In this document: positions 19,750-29,410 of the stretch, in pieces
Layout of the letters: each line of letters starts with the position of its first letter
Position numbering within the stretch: position 1 is the first letter of the stretch
NCBI GenBank assembly: GCA_036229005.1
Contig: JAZAMN010000059.1
Location: 64,001-128,000, forward strand
Length of the DNA stretch: 64,000 bases
Reading direction: 5' to 3'
Source: Myxococcota bacterium
GTDB taxonomy: Bacteria; Myxococcota_A; UBA796; CAJQPC01
Program-made: the position numbers and the translations under genes
The notes under the pieces: model-generated
Seen by the model: only the letters and a program-made list of their open reading frames with translations
Databases searched by the model: none
What the model was told of the DNA's origin: nothing

Positions 19750-20067
19750 TCAGGGGGCGCGGGTGTTGTCCCGAACCCACTGCACGTAGGGGGTGTGGCT
19801 GGCGTCCACGTCCACGGGCAGCACCAGGACCTCCGGGAGCTCATAGGGGTGGAGCTCGAGCAGGCGCTCCCGGGTGGCCTGCACCCGCTGCTCCGACACC
19901 TTGATGATCAGCGTGAGTTCGGTGTCCTCGCAGAGCTGTCCATTCCAGATGTAGACGCTGCGGACGGGCGGGAGCACGTTGACACAGGCCGCGAGTCGGG
20001 CCTCCACCAGGGCCTTCGCGATGCGCGGTCCGGCCTCGGGGGGAACATTACAGAGCATGACACGCAC
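19750..20067 (-). CDS. cutA: Divalent-cation tolerance protein CutA
   Basis: IAKALVEARLAACVNVLP..SVY.W.G, LHPYELPE, YVQW. Confidence 0.93.
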   Translation of the reverse strand: MRVMLCNVPPEAGPRIAKALVEARLAACVNVLPPVRSVYIWNGQLCEDTELTLIIKVSEQRVQATRERLLELHPYELPEVLVLPVDVDASHTPYVQWVRDNTRAP

Positions 20068-20135
20068 GGCATTTCTCCGGGCCAGTTCCCCTTACCGGGG
20101 GTAAGCTGAGAGCGAACGTAGCCGATGTAGCAAGC

Positions 20136-21203
20136 ATGTCCTCCTTCAAACCTGTGCTGATCACCAACGAAGATCCCCAGCCCTCACAAGAGAGCGCGGG
20201 TCCGGTGCGCATCCGGTTGAGGGCAGCGGGAGAGGAGGCCCCTCCCCGCCAGCAGGACCAGATCTACGACGGCCGCTTCCGCCTGCAGACCTGCCTTGAG
20301 CGCCGCGGCGGCATCGAGAAGTGGCTGGCCCTCAAGGAGCCGATGGTCCGGCGCGTCTACCTGGAGGTCCTCACCGAGAGCGGTGAGCGCGCCGACGCCT
20401 TCCTCATGGACGCCGGCGCCCTGGCGCAGATCAAGCACGTCAACCTGTGCAAGGTGTTCGACCTTGGGCGCTCGGATGACGGCAGCACCTGGCGCTCCCT
20501 CGAGGTCATGCACGGCCTGAGCCTGCGCGAACTGCTCAACAAGGGCCCCATGGCGCGCAACCGCCTGCGCGCACTGGTCCGCGATGTGGTGGACGGCATG
20601 GCCGCGCTCCACAGCTCCGGGGTGATCCACGGAAACCTCACCGCCGAGGCTGTCCTGCTCGAACAGGACGTCGACGACGAGGAGGTCGCCCGCATCACCG
20701 CCTTCGGGACCCACGGCGCCGCGAACCCCGCGCTCCGCACCCCAGAAGACCAGACCGACACCATGGCGGCGGATGTGTGGGCGATCGGCCTGCTCATCCA
20801 CCAGGCCGCCACCGGCAAGCGCCCCCGCAACGGCCGCATCGACGAGAACCTGCCGGACGGCCTGCGCCAGGTGGTCGAGGGCTGCCTGGCCCCTGTCGAG
20901 CAGCGCTACCCCGACGCCCTGGCGGTCCAGAAGGCGCTGCCCTTCCGCTCGGTCGAGGTCTCCTCGGACGCCGCACCGCCTCCCCCCATGGTGATGCCCG
21001 GCACCACTCTGGGGCCGGCGACCTCGACCATCATCGAGCCCCCCGCCATCGACCCGGTGCTCCCCGCGCCCGCAGCGGCCCAGGAGCAGCCCCAGGAGTC
21101 GGCGGAGCCCGAGAGCTTCGCCCAGCCCTGGCTCATGGCGGTCGCCAGCGGGCTGATCGGCGGCCTGGTCGCCGGACTCGTGCTCAAGATGCTGACCTCC
21201 TGA
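20136..21203 (+). CDS. Ser/Thr protein kinase-like protein (probable pseudokinase) with C-terminal TM anchor
   Basis: Hanks-type layout (KHVNL, DVWAIG), but VAIK reads VYLE, HRD reads HGN and DFG reads AFG. Confidence 0.75.
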   Translation: MSSFKPVLITNEDPQPSQESAGPVRIRLRAAGEEAPPRQQDQIYDGRFRLQTCLERRGGIEKWLALKEPMVRRVYLEVLTESGERADAFLMDAGALAQIKHVNLCKVFDLGRSDDGSTWRSLEVMHGLSLRELLNKGPMARNRLRALVRDVVDGMAALHSSGVIHGNLTAEAVLLEQDVDDEEVARITAFGTHGAANPALRTPEDQTDTMAADVWAIGLLIHQAATGKRPRNGRIDENLPDGLRQVVEGCLAPVEQRYPDALAVQKALPFRSVEVSSDAAPPPPMVMPGTTLGPATSTIIEPPAIDPVLPAPAAAQEQPQESAEPESFAQPWLMAVASGLIGGLVAGLVLKMLTS

Positions 21204-21219
21204 GCGAGCCCGAGCGGTC

Positions 21220-22089
21220 TCAGCCCTGAACCCGGCGCAGCAGCGCCTCCGCCAGCTCTTCGGCTGCTTGCGGCCTGTGCCTGAAGAACAGGCTGGGCTC
21301 AACAAGCTCGAGCTCGGTCAGCAGGAGCTGTCCCTTCTTGCCGCGCAGGAAGTCCACCCGCGCGTACAGCAGCGGCTGCTCCAGCTCCAGGACCTTGGCG
21401 GTGGCGGCCAGGGTCTTGATGCACAGGGCCACCGTCTTGGGCGCGAGGTCCACGGGCCGGTCGGTGCCGCCGTGGTCGTCCTGAACGCGGTAGTCCCCCT
21501 TGGGCGGCAGCTTCTGCACGCCGTGGGAGAGGCGCCCGTCGATGAAGATCGCGGAGAGCTCGCCCTCCAGCTCGACGCTGTCCAGGTAGGGCTGGAGCAT
21601 CACGTCCTCGCTGCGGAGCATGCGCTTGATGTGCGCCTCGGCCTTGGGGAGCTCGGCCTCCGAAAAGCGCAGGGTCTCCCGGGCGGCCGCTCCGATCTGC
21701 GGCTTGATGAAGCCCCGCTCCCAGCCCGGCCAGATGAACTCCAGGTTCAGGTCCTGGTAGCGGTCCAGCCAGATGGTCGGGATGGTGGGGATCTTCTCTT
21801 TTGCCAAGGCGCGCAGGTAGGACTTGTCCGCGCTCCACTGCACCACCTTGGGTGGGTTGTGGAGCTTGTCCCCCACCCGCTCCACCCAGGCCAGGAACTC
21901 CCGGTGCTTGGTGGAGTAGTCCCAGGTGGTGCGGATCAGGACCGCGTCGAACTGCTCCCAGTCCACCTGGGGGTCGTCCCAGACGGGGATGGACAGCTCC
22001 ACCCCCCGCGCCCGAAAGGCGGCGTGCAGCGGGTGATCATCCACCTCCCAGTCGGGGAGCTCCTGACACGTGGCCAGTGCGATGCGCAT
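21220..22089 (-). CDS. ATP-grasp (RimK/glutathione synthetase-like) protein
   Basis: IRTTWDY, DKSYL, FIKP, DYRVQ..HGG, YARVD, ELELVEPSLF. Confidence 0.82.
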   Translation of the reverse strand: MRIALATCQELPDWEVDDHPLHAAFRARGVELSIPVWDDPQVDWEQFDAVLIRTTWDYSTKHREFLAWVERVGDKLHNPPKVVQWSADKSYLRALAKEKIPTIPTIWLDRYQDLNLEFIWPGWERGFIKPQIGAAARETLRFSEAELPKAEAHIKRMLRSEDVMLQPYLDSVELEGELSAIFIDGRLSHGVQKLPPKGDYRVQDDHGGTDRPVDLAPKTVALCIKTLAATAKVLELEQPLLYARVDFLRGKKGQLLLTELELVEPSLFFRHRPQAAEELAEALLRRVQG

Positions 22090-22180
22090 TGCGGTCTCCG
22101 AGTACGTCCGCAGACATCCTCACACAAGCACACCACGAAAGCAATTTGCAAGCCCCCCGCCCAGAGCCTGCGCTGGCCGA

Positions 22181-23503
22181 TCAGCTACCGCTGAACTGGA
22201 CATTCGCGAAGAACAGGGTGGGCAGACGGTAGGACGCGAAGGTCCAGGGGTCGTTGTCTGCCTCGATGAAGGCCGCCATCAGCTCCAGCAGGTTGCCGCT
22301 GACGTTCATCTCCGAGAGGTTCTGCACCCACTCTCCGTTCTCGAAGAGCTGGCCTCGGATTCCAAAGGAGTAGTTCCCGCTGGCCGGGTTCGAGTTGCCC
22401 CCCAGGAAGGAGGTCACCCGGATGGCCTTGGGGTGGTCCTTGGCGATCTCCCGCCAGTGCCGCGTTCCGGGCGCCATCACCACGTTGCTGGTGCCGCCCG
22501 TGGTGGGCTCCATCTCCAGCTTGCGGGCGTGGTACAGGTCCAGCAGGTAGGTGTCCAGGCGCCCGTTGGTGAACAGGCTGCGGGTGCGGGCCTTGCGGCC
22601 GTCGCCGTCAAAGGGCTTGGAGCCCATGCCCCGGGGGATGGTGGGGTCGTCGACCAGCGTGAACGCGCTGGAGCCCAGGGTCTGTCCCAGCTTGCCCAGG
22701 TACATGGACCGGCCGGTGTGCAGGTTTCCCCCGGACATCGGGGCGATCATCGCGCCGATCAGCCGGCTCGCGGTGCGCCGGTCCAGGATCAGCGTGTAGC
22801 TGCCAGAGGCGCAGGCCGAGGTGTTGCGGACCTCGGTGGCGCGCTCCCAGAGGTCGTCCGCCAGGTGCTGCACGCTGGGCACGTCGGCCATGTGCGAGGC
22901 GTTGTAGAAGCTGTAGGTCTCGGGCAGCTTGCCGGAGGGCTCCTTGAGGGTGAGCATCCCCCCCTGCCCAAAGTGGGTGCGGGCCTGCTGGGCCGAGAAG
23001 CCATTGGAGAACACCGCCGCAGATTGGGAGCGGACCTCCCAGATGTAGCTGGTGGCCGAGACGAGGTCACCGGTGGCGCCCGCGAGGATGGTGTCCTCGA
23101 GCTCCTTGATGGCCTCCTGGCGCTGCTCGGGGCCCCGGGCGTTCATGCTCGCGGCGTCGTCGTTGTCCAGACTGACCGGGTCCAGGGAGCCCATCTCGTC
23201 GAAGGGGAGCATCACCCGGTCCGGGTCTGGCTCCAGGTAGCGGGTGCCGTCGACGGCGCGCTGCAGGAAGGCCTTGAGGGCCTCCGGACGCAGGTCGCTG
23301 GTGCCGTGGGTGGAGTAGCGCCCGTCCACCAGCAGGCTCACCGAGAGCCCCAAGGTCGACGACTCATGCACGCGCTCCAGCTTTCCGGCGCGCTGCTGCA
23401 GCTCGACCTCGACGCCCTGGGAGCTCCAGGCCTTGACCTGCTCCGCGCCCATGTTCGTGGCCAGCTCCACCGCCTTCGCGGCTGCATCCATCAGCTCAGA
23501 CAT
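22181..23503 (-). CDS. pmbA: TldE/PmbA family protein
   Basis: LVDDP..GSKPFDGDG, NPASGNYS, SGNL; downstream of tldD. Confidence 0.85.
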   Translation of the reverse strand: MSELMDAAAKAVELATNMGAEQVKAWSSQGVEVELQQRAGKLERVHESSTLGLSVSLLVDGRYSTHGTSDLRPEALKAFLQRAVDGTRYLEPDPDRVMLPFDEMGSLDPVSLDNDDAASMNARGPEQRQEAIKELEDTILAGATGDLVSATSYIWEVRSQSAAVFSNGFSAQQARTHFGQGGMLTLKEPSGKLPETYSFYNASHMADVPSVQHLADDLWERATEVRNTSACASGSYTLILDRRTASRLIGAMIAPMSGGNLHTGRSMYLGKLGQTLGSSAFTLVDDPTIPRGMGSKPFDGDGRKARTRSLFTNGRLDTYLLDLYHARKLEMEPTTGGTSNVVMAPGTRHWREIAKDHPKAIRVTSFLGGNSNPASGNYSFGIRGQLFENGEWVQNLSEMNVSGNLLELMAAFIEADNDPWTFASYRLPTLFFANVQFSGS

Positions 23504-24942
23504 CACTCGCCTCCCACGACCAGGCTGGCCACGCGCACGGTGGGCTGCCCCTGTGAGACGGGCACCCCCTGTCCATCCTTTCCACAGGTCCAGCCGCCCT
23601 CGTCGAGCACCAGATCCGAGCCCACCATGTCCACCTGCTCCAGGGCCGCGGGCCCGTTGCCGATGATGTTCACGTCCTTGATCGGGCGCGTCAGCTTGCC
23701 GTCCTCGATCAGGTACCCGGTCTTCATGTAGAAGGTGAAATCACCCGCGCCGATCTGCACCGCCCCGTTGGAGAAGGAGGTCGCGTAGATGCCGCGCTTG
23801 GTGTTCTTGATGATCTCCTCGGGGTCGTGCGGGCCCGGGTCCATGTAGGTCGACCGCATGCGCGGCAGGGGGTGGTGCCGGAAGCTCTGCCGGCGGCCGC
23901 TGCCCGTGGGCGCCACGCCGTAGTGGCTGGCCGAGATCTCATCGTGCATGTACGAGCGCAGCACGCCGTTCTCGATGAGCACGGTGCGCTCGGGCTCGTT
24001 GCCCTCGTCGTCCACGTTGATTGCCCCGCGGGCCCCGGGGACGGTGCCGTCGTCGACCACGGTCACAAAGTCCGGGGCCACCTTCTGGTCCATGCGCGCG
24101 GCGTAGATGCTCACGCCCTTGCGGTTGAAGTCGGCCTCCAGGCCGTGCCCGATGGCCTCATGCAGCAGGATTCCGCTGGCGCCCGCGGCCAGGACCACCG
24201 GCATGTCCCCAGCGGGGGGCTTGCCCGCGTCCAACAGGAAGAGCGTGCGCTCGACGGCCTTCTGCACCATGCGGTCGATGCGGGCCTGGTCCGAGTAGAA
24301 CTCCAGGCCAGCGCGCTGGGCCAGGTTGTAGGAGTTGGACTCCCGGACGTCCCCCTGGACCGCCGTGCACACCACGTGGGCCCGGGTCATCGGCTGGTAG
24401 TCCTCGGCCATGCGGCCGTCCGGCCGGGCCAGCAGGATCCACTTCTCGACGTCGGCCAGGCTGGTCTGCACCTTCTCGATGCGGGGATCCAGCTTGAACG
24501 CCGCCTCTTCCCAGGCGCGCACCATGGGCACCCGCTTGTCCATGCCCACGATCGACCAGGGGTCGGTCACCGGGTAGCGGTCCGGCAGGGCCAGGGGGCT
24601 CAGGTCCACCGGCGCGACCCCAGGGGTGCTCCGGGCGATGCCCGCGGCCGTACGGGCAGCGCGCAGCATGGCCTCCAGGCTGAGGTCCTCGGTGAAGGCG
24701 TAGCCGATCTGGTCGCCCACCCGGGCGCGCACGCCCAGGCCCAGGTCCACGTCGGTGGAGGCCCGGTTCACCTTGGAGTCGGTGAGCGCCACGGCGGTGC
24801 TGACCTTGTGCTCAAAGAAGAGGTCACAGTCCGTGGCCCCCAGGGACAGGGCAGCGCGCATCACCTGGTCCAGGACCTCGGGGGTGATGCCGAACTGCTC
24901 AAAGTGCCCCGGCGCGGCCGGGTTCAGCTCATTGGGATGCAT
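23503..24942 (-). CDS. tldD: TldD metalloprotease
   Basis: LLHEAIGHGLEAD, DDEG, PRM, CGKDGQGVPV..GQP. Confidence 0.92.
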   Translation of the reverse strand: MHPNELNPAAPGHFEQFGITPEVLDQVMRAALSLGATDCDLFFEHKVSTAVALTDSKVNRASTDVDLGLGVRARVGDQIGYAFTEDLSLEAMLRAARTAAGIARSTPGVAPVDLSPLALPDRYPVTDPWSIVGMDKRVPMVRAWEEAAFKLDPRIEKVQTSLADVEKWILLARPDGRMAEDYQPMTRAHVVCTAVQGDVRESNSYNLAQRAGLEFYSDQARIDRMVQKAVERTLFLLDAGKPPAGDMPVVLAAGASGILLHEAIGHGLEADFNRKGVSIYAARMDQKVAPDFVTVVDDGTVPGARGAINVDDEGNEPERTVLIENGVLRSYMHDEISASHYGVAPTGSGRRQSFRHHPLPRMRSTYMDPGPHDPEEIIKNTKRGIYATSFSNGAVQIGAGDFTFYMKTGYLIEDGKLTRPIKDVNIIGNGPAALEQVDMVGSDLVLDEGGWTCGKDGQGVPVSQGQPTVRVASLVVGGE

Positions 24943-24963
24943 GCGTGTGGACTCCGTTCTTCC

Positions 24964-26877
24964 TCAATTTGAACCCATAACCGTCGAGGGCAAGGCCCAC
25001 TGGGCCGCCCCGTTCTGGACCCAGCGCGCGTGGACATCGATCCACCAGGCGCGGAGCGCGGCCCCATCGCAGTCGCCCTCCCAGTCCTCATCACAGCCGG
25101 TGGCGTAGTCCCAGCTCCCCAGATCCGGCAGGTGATAGCTCCAGATCGACCCCTCGGCCCGCATGGCCAGCGCCCGGTGCAGCGAGAGGTCGAGCTGCGC
25201 CAGGTCCCGCTCCGAGAGCTCCTGCCCCGCCCCCCGCCCGAGCACAAAGCACTCCCGCAGCAGCAGGGTCCCGCAGCCCTCGTACGAGAAGGCGGCCCGA
25301 CTGTCCGAGGGCACAAAGCGCACGGGGCCCCCCACATCGTGGCCCGCATCCGCCGCCGTGGCCGCGCTCCAGGGCTGCCAATCATGGAGCCCCAGCGGCC
25401 AGCCCTCCTTGGCCCGCGGGTCCCCGCCGTGCGGAACGGCGTCCAGCACCGACATGCCCTGAAAGCCCACCACCGCCGGGACCGAGAGCCCCTCCAGAGC
25501 CGCGACCCAGTCCTCACCGTCATCCCACATGGGCGCCATGCCGCTCCAGTGCAGCGGCTCGACCCCAAGGCCAGCAACGTCCTGCGCCCCCGCCTCCAGA
25601 AAGTCCGCCACGCAGGCCTGATCCGCACCGCAGCCCGAGGTCTCGTGCACCAGCACGCCGAACTCCACCCGGTCCAGCGCCAGCAAGGCCTCCAGGGGCT
25701 CCAGCTCCTGGCACTGCTGCACGCGCCGGGCGTAGTGCGGGGTGATGTCGAGCGCCGTGGTGCCGGGCATCTCCGCCAGCAGCCGCCGGTTCCGGACCGC
25801 GTTGCCCACATAGTGGCGCACGGACACATCCCCCGTGCAGGGCGCGTCCTCGTCGGGGGACCGGGGCTTCTCCAGGAAGCTCTGGGCATGGATCCCCAGC
25901 GGTGGGCCCTCCAGCAGCGGGCGCTCATCGACGTAGACCTCGACCCCCTGGGCGTCCAGCACCAGCACCTCGAAGCTGGGCAGCGTCGCCACGTCCAGCA
26001 GCTCCCCCTGGATCAGCAGCTCGGCCTCGCCATCCTCCAGGCGCCAGAGCCCGGCGTCCCCCACCGCGTACAGCGCCTCCCCCAGCCCAGCGATGCGCCA
26101 CACGCTGTCGTCCTGCCAGATCCCCCCTCCAGGGTCCCGCAGGCCGCCCTCCCCCAGCGCGACCCACACCCCGTCGGCGGCCTCCTCGATGTCCTCGACC
26201 GACCCGATCCCCGGCAGGTCCAGGCCACCCGTGAGCCCGGTGGTGGTCCCGACAAGGTCCCCCTCCATCACCTGCACCCCCTCCGGGAGAGAGAGGAGCT
26301 GCTGGACCTCCAGGCTCTCGAGGTCCACCACGAACACCCCTTGGTCAGTCCCCACCCACAGCACCCCGTCCACCAGCGAGGCACTGCTGACCCCGCTCAA
26401 GCCAAGGTCGGTGACCTCGACGGCGCGCAGCCAGTCCCAGGGGTGGGTCTGCAGGGGATCCAGGTCCAGGCGGTGCAGGAGGCCCTGTCCGGACACCCCC
26501 CACCCCGTCTCCCCATCCGGAGAGATCGCCAGCGCCGCAAAGCGCGGCTGCACGCCCCGGTTGAGCTCGACCTCGCCGCTCTGGCAGTCGCCCTGGCGCT
26601 CCCCCGACTCGGAGACGGCCGGGAACTTCCACGCGGGCAGACAGGCAGCGCTGGGGCCGTGCTCATGGCGCGCGTCCAGGACCCGGGTCGAGCCCTGCTG
26701 GAGCACGAAGCTCAGGGGCTGTTGGCGCTGGACCACCAGGGCGCGGGGTTCGGTCAGCTCAAGCTCGGTGCGGAGCATGAAGCGGAAGTCGTCCACCGGG
26801 ACCGCGGGCCAGTCCGCCCAGGGGTCGGCGCTGTCTTGGGGCGGAGCGCAGCGGCAGGCCAGGAGCATCCAGAGCAC
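24964..26877 (-). CDS. Hypothetical exported protein/lipoprotein (beta-propeller-like N-half, possible deacetylase-like C-half)
   Basis: 637 aa; MLWMLLAC; LWVGTDQG and VWVALG strand repeats; domain call weak. Confidence 0.55.
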   Translation of the reverse strand: MLWMLLACRCAPPQDSADPWADWPAVPVDDFRFMLRTELELTEPRALVVQRQQPLSFVLQQGSTRVLDARHEHGPSAACLPAWKFPAVSESGERQGDCQSGEVELNRGVQPRFAALAISPDGETGWGVSGQGLLHRLDLDPLQTHPWDWLRAVEVTDLGLSGVSSASLVDGVLWVGTDQGVFVVDLESLEVQQLLSLPEGVQVMEGDLVGTTTGLTGGLDLPGIGSVEDIEEAADGVWVALGEGGLRDPGGGIWQDDSVWRIAGLGEALYAVGDAGLWRLEDGEAELLIQGELLDVATLPSFEVLVLDAQGVEVYVDERPLLEGPPLGIHAQSFLEKPRSPDEDAPCTGDVSVRHYVGNAVRNRRLLAEMPGTTALDITPHYARRVQQCQELEPLEALLALDRVEFGVLVHETSGCGADQACVADFLEAGAQDVAGLGVEPLHWSGMAPMWDDGEDWVAALEGLSVPAVVGFQGMSVLDAVPHGGDPRAKEGWPLGLHDWQPWSAATAADAGHDVGGPVRFVPSDSRAAFSYEGCGTLLLRECFVLGRGAGQELSERDLAQLDLSLHRALAMRAEGSIWSYHLPDLGSWDYATGCDEDWEGDCDGAALRAWWIDVHARWVQNGAAQWALPSTVMGSN

Positions 26878-26919
26878 GGGATCAGGCTATCCCAGCCGAC
26901 CGATGGTCGCTGGGGGGCC

Positions 26920-28290
26920 TCAGGGGGCGGCCAGGGGGAGCTCCAGCACAAAGAGCGCGCCGGGGCCGTCGATGGGCATCAGGCGTACATCTCCGCCGTG
27001 CTCCCGCGCCATGCGGCGGGCCAGACTCAGGCCCAGATCCCGCGCGGAGGCCGGCTCAAAGAGCTGCTCGCCCATCGCCTCGGGGATCCGGGGGCCGAAG
27101 TCCCGCACAAGGCAGTGGGCGCGGTCCCCGATCCGGCGGGTGTCGACCTCGATCCGCCCCGCCCGCTCCGCGCGGAGGACCGCGTTGTGGAGCAGCTTCC
27201 CGACGATCTGGTGGGCCACGGACTCCGTGACGGCGACCTGCGCCTCGCCAAGCCCCAGGGACACCTGCAGCTCAAGCTCGGGGCTGATGATCTCCATGCT
27301 GCGGAGCATCACCTGGCAGAGGTGGTCCAGCGAGCTCGTGCCCTGCGCCGCCCAGGGGCCGTCCAGCCGAAGCGCCTCGCGGGTGATCGTGCTGGCCTGC
27401 AGGAGCGCCACGGACATCTCCCGCAGCTCCTCGCGCTCGCCGTGCTCCTGGCTGAGCAGCTCCAGGTTGCCCCCCAACACCGCGAGCTGGTTCCGCATCT
27501 GCATGAGCGCCCCGCGATAGCCCGTCGCCTTGAGCGCCTGGTCATGCAGCTCCCGGACCACAGGCCCCTGCTCGGGGGCGGCGACGCTGCGCTCGGCCTC
27601 ACACACCGCCCCCCGGAGCGCACCCTCCCGCTCGCCGGCCACGAGCCCCATCTTCAAGCTGCGCTTGCGCCCGTCGAAACAGGTCAGCTCGACGACGCTG
27701 GTGGAGCCGGCGTTGTGTTGCTCACGGACCAGCGCGCTCCATTGGCCGTCGGGCAGGCGGCTGGCCAGGCTCGCGCGTCCGGCGGGCCAGCCCCCGAGCG
27801 CCGCGGAGAAGGCCTCGTTCCAGGTGAGCAGGTTCCCCTGCTGGTCCGCCTCGAAGAGCCCCACGGGGATGTCCGCGAAGAGGCGTCGGTAGCGCTCCTC
27901 CGCCACGCGCAGGGCGTCCTCCCGCCGCTGCGACTCCATGGCGCGCTCGATGATGTTGGCCATCGAGCCCGCCTCCCAGGGCTTGCGCATGTAGTGCCAG
28001 ACGCGCCCCTGCTGGATCGCCCGCACCACGTCCCCCGGCTCGGAGAAGTAGCCGGTGAGCAGGATGCGGATGGCCCGGGGCTGCTCCTCGGCGAACCAGG
28101 CCAGGAAGTCCACGCCGGTCTCCCGCGGGAGGCGGTCGTCGCTGATCACGACGTCGATGCGGCGCTCGGCCACGATCTCCCGCGCCAGCTCGGCCGAGCC
28201 GGCCTTGAACACCTGGAAGTCATCCTCGAAGGTGGCTTCCAGACTCTCCAGGACCAACTCGTCGTCGTCGACGACCAGCAAGACAGGCAT
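26920..28290 (-). CDS. Hybrid REC-PAS-histidine kinase-like protein with degenerate H-box
   Basis: LVVDDD..VISD..LLTG..KPW receiver; RYRRLF..PVG PAS; LLHNA, DFGP, LGLS ATPase boxes. Confidence 0.82.
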   Translation of the reverse strand: MPVLLVVDDDELVLESLEATFEDDFQVFKAGSAELAREIVAERRIDVVISDDRLPRETGVDFLAWFAEEQPRAIRILLTGYFSEPGDVVRAIQQGRVWHYMRKPWEAGSMANIIERAMESQRREDALRVAEERYRRLFADIPVGLFEADQQGNLLTWNEAFSAALGGWPAGRASLASRLPDGQWSALVREQHNAGSTSVVELTCFDGRKRSLKMGLVAGEREGALRGAVCEAERSVAAPEQGPVVRELHDQALKATGYRGALMQMRNQLAVLGGNLELLSQEHGEREELREMSVALLQASTITREALRLDGPWAAQGTSSLDHLCQVMLRSMEIISPELELQVSLGLGEAQVAVTESVAHQIVGKLLHNAVLRAERAGRIEVDTRRIGDRAHCLVRDFGPRIPEAMGEQLFEPASARDLGLSLARRMAREHGGDVRLMPIDGPGALFVLELPLAAP

Positions 28291-28387
28291 GGTGGGGGTC
28301 GAGTCCACTGAGACGGAGTCCTCGTTGCCCCAAAAGGATACCCCCCGCGAGGCCACCAAGGCGCACTCAGCCCTCTCCCAGGGGCAG

Positions 28388-29410
28388 GTGCACACCCTCG
28401 CAGGCCCCCTCGCCGCCTTGCTGAACGAGCGCGCCACCCGGCAGGCACAGGCCACGCTCTCGCTGGAGCTGGAGGAGGGGCTGTCGGGCGCGGACCGCCT
28501 TCGGCTGAGCTGGAGGGCCCACCCCCAGGGCCTGGATGGGCTCCGGGGCTCGCTATGGACCGATGCCCGCCAGCGAGGTGCGGCTGCCCTGAACGCACTC
28601 CCCGCCCCCATGGAGCAGCAACGCTCAGGCCTGCTGGGCCACCCCGAGCTGCACGGCGAGCTCTTCATCGCTCTTGTCTTTCACTTGCAGGAACCGCCGC
28701 CGGAGCGGGTCCCCACCGCACAGCTCGCGGGGCGAACGCACGACCGCTACTACCGTGAGCTCCCGGACATGCCGGGCGACCTGGACAGCGCGGCCGCCAT
28801 CCTCCTGAGCGGGCTGCCCCAGGTGGCTCACCTGCGCGAGCAGGCCCGGACCCGCCTGGAGTGGGCCCTGGCGCAGAGCCCCGTGCCCGTCTGGGAGTCT
28901 GGCGGCTGGTATGGCCCACACTGCCCCGCTGTCACCGGCCGGGCGCTGATGGCCGCGGGTGCGCTGGGCCTGAGCGTCCCCGACGCCGCCATCGCCCCCC
29001 TGCGCGCCATCCAGGGCTGGGCCCGCTCCCCCCACTACCCGGACGCCGTCGTGGCCAGCGCGCTGGTGCTGCGGGGTCTGGAGGCCGTTGGCCAGGACCA
29101 CCCGGGGCTCCGTCGACTGCTCGCGACCGCGCCCTGCGGGAGCTGGTCTCCCCTCGCCGTCGCCGCCAGCGTCGAGGCCGTGGGGCCCGCGCTCTCCCCG
29201 CGCCGCCGCGAGCAGCTCCTGGTCCGTCTGCTGCGCACCCAGCGCTTTGACGGCGCCTGGGGGCCCAGCCCCTGGTTCATGGTCCCCGCGCCCCAGGGAG
29301 GGATGCAGCCCTTTGGGGACGCCGCGTACACCACCGCGGCGGTCCTCAGTGCGCTGAGAGCACTCCAGCCTGCTCCTTGGCGGGACCTGCCAGGGGCAGC
29401 AGCACGCTGA
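28388..29410 (+). CDS. Class II terpene cyclase / prenyltransferase (alpha-alpha barrel)-like protein
   Basis: ELPDMPGDLDSAA (DxDD-like), LLRTQRFDGAW (QW motif), YTTAAVLSAL; start uncertain (28289 or 28388). Confidence 0.6.
   Translation: MHTLAGPLAALLNERATRQAQATLSLELEEGLSGADRLRLSWRAHPQGLDGLRGSLWTDARQRGAAALNALPAPMEQQRSGLLGHPELHGELFIALVFHLQEPPPERVPTAQLAGRTHDRYYRELPDMPGDLDSAAAILLSGLPQVAHLREQARTRLEWALAQSPVPVWESGGWYGPHCPAVTGRALMAAGALGLSVPDAAIAPLRAIQGWARSPHYPDAVVASALVLRGLEAVGQDHPGLRRLLATAPCGSWSPLAVAASVEAVGPALSPRRREQLLVRLLRTQRFDGAWGPSPWFMVPAPQGGMQPFGDAAYTTAAVLSALRALQPAPWRDLPGAAAR

Noticed and set aside
21220..24942. tldD/pmbA plus ATP-grasp as a RiPP cluster
   Set aside because: No precursor or transporter visible; both are widespread housekeeping-type genes
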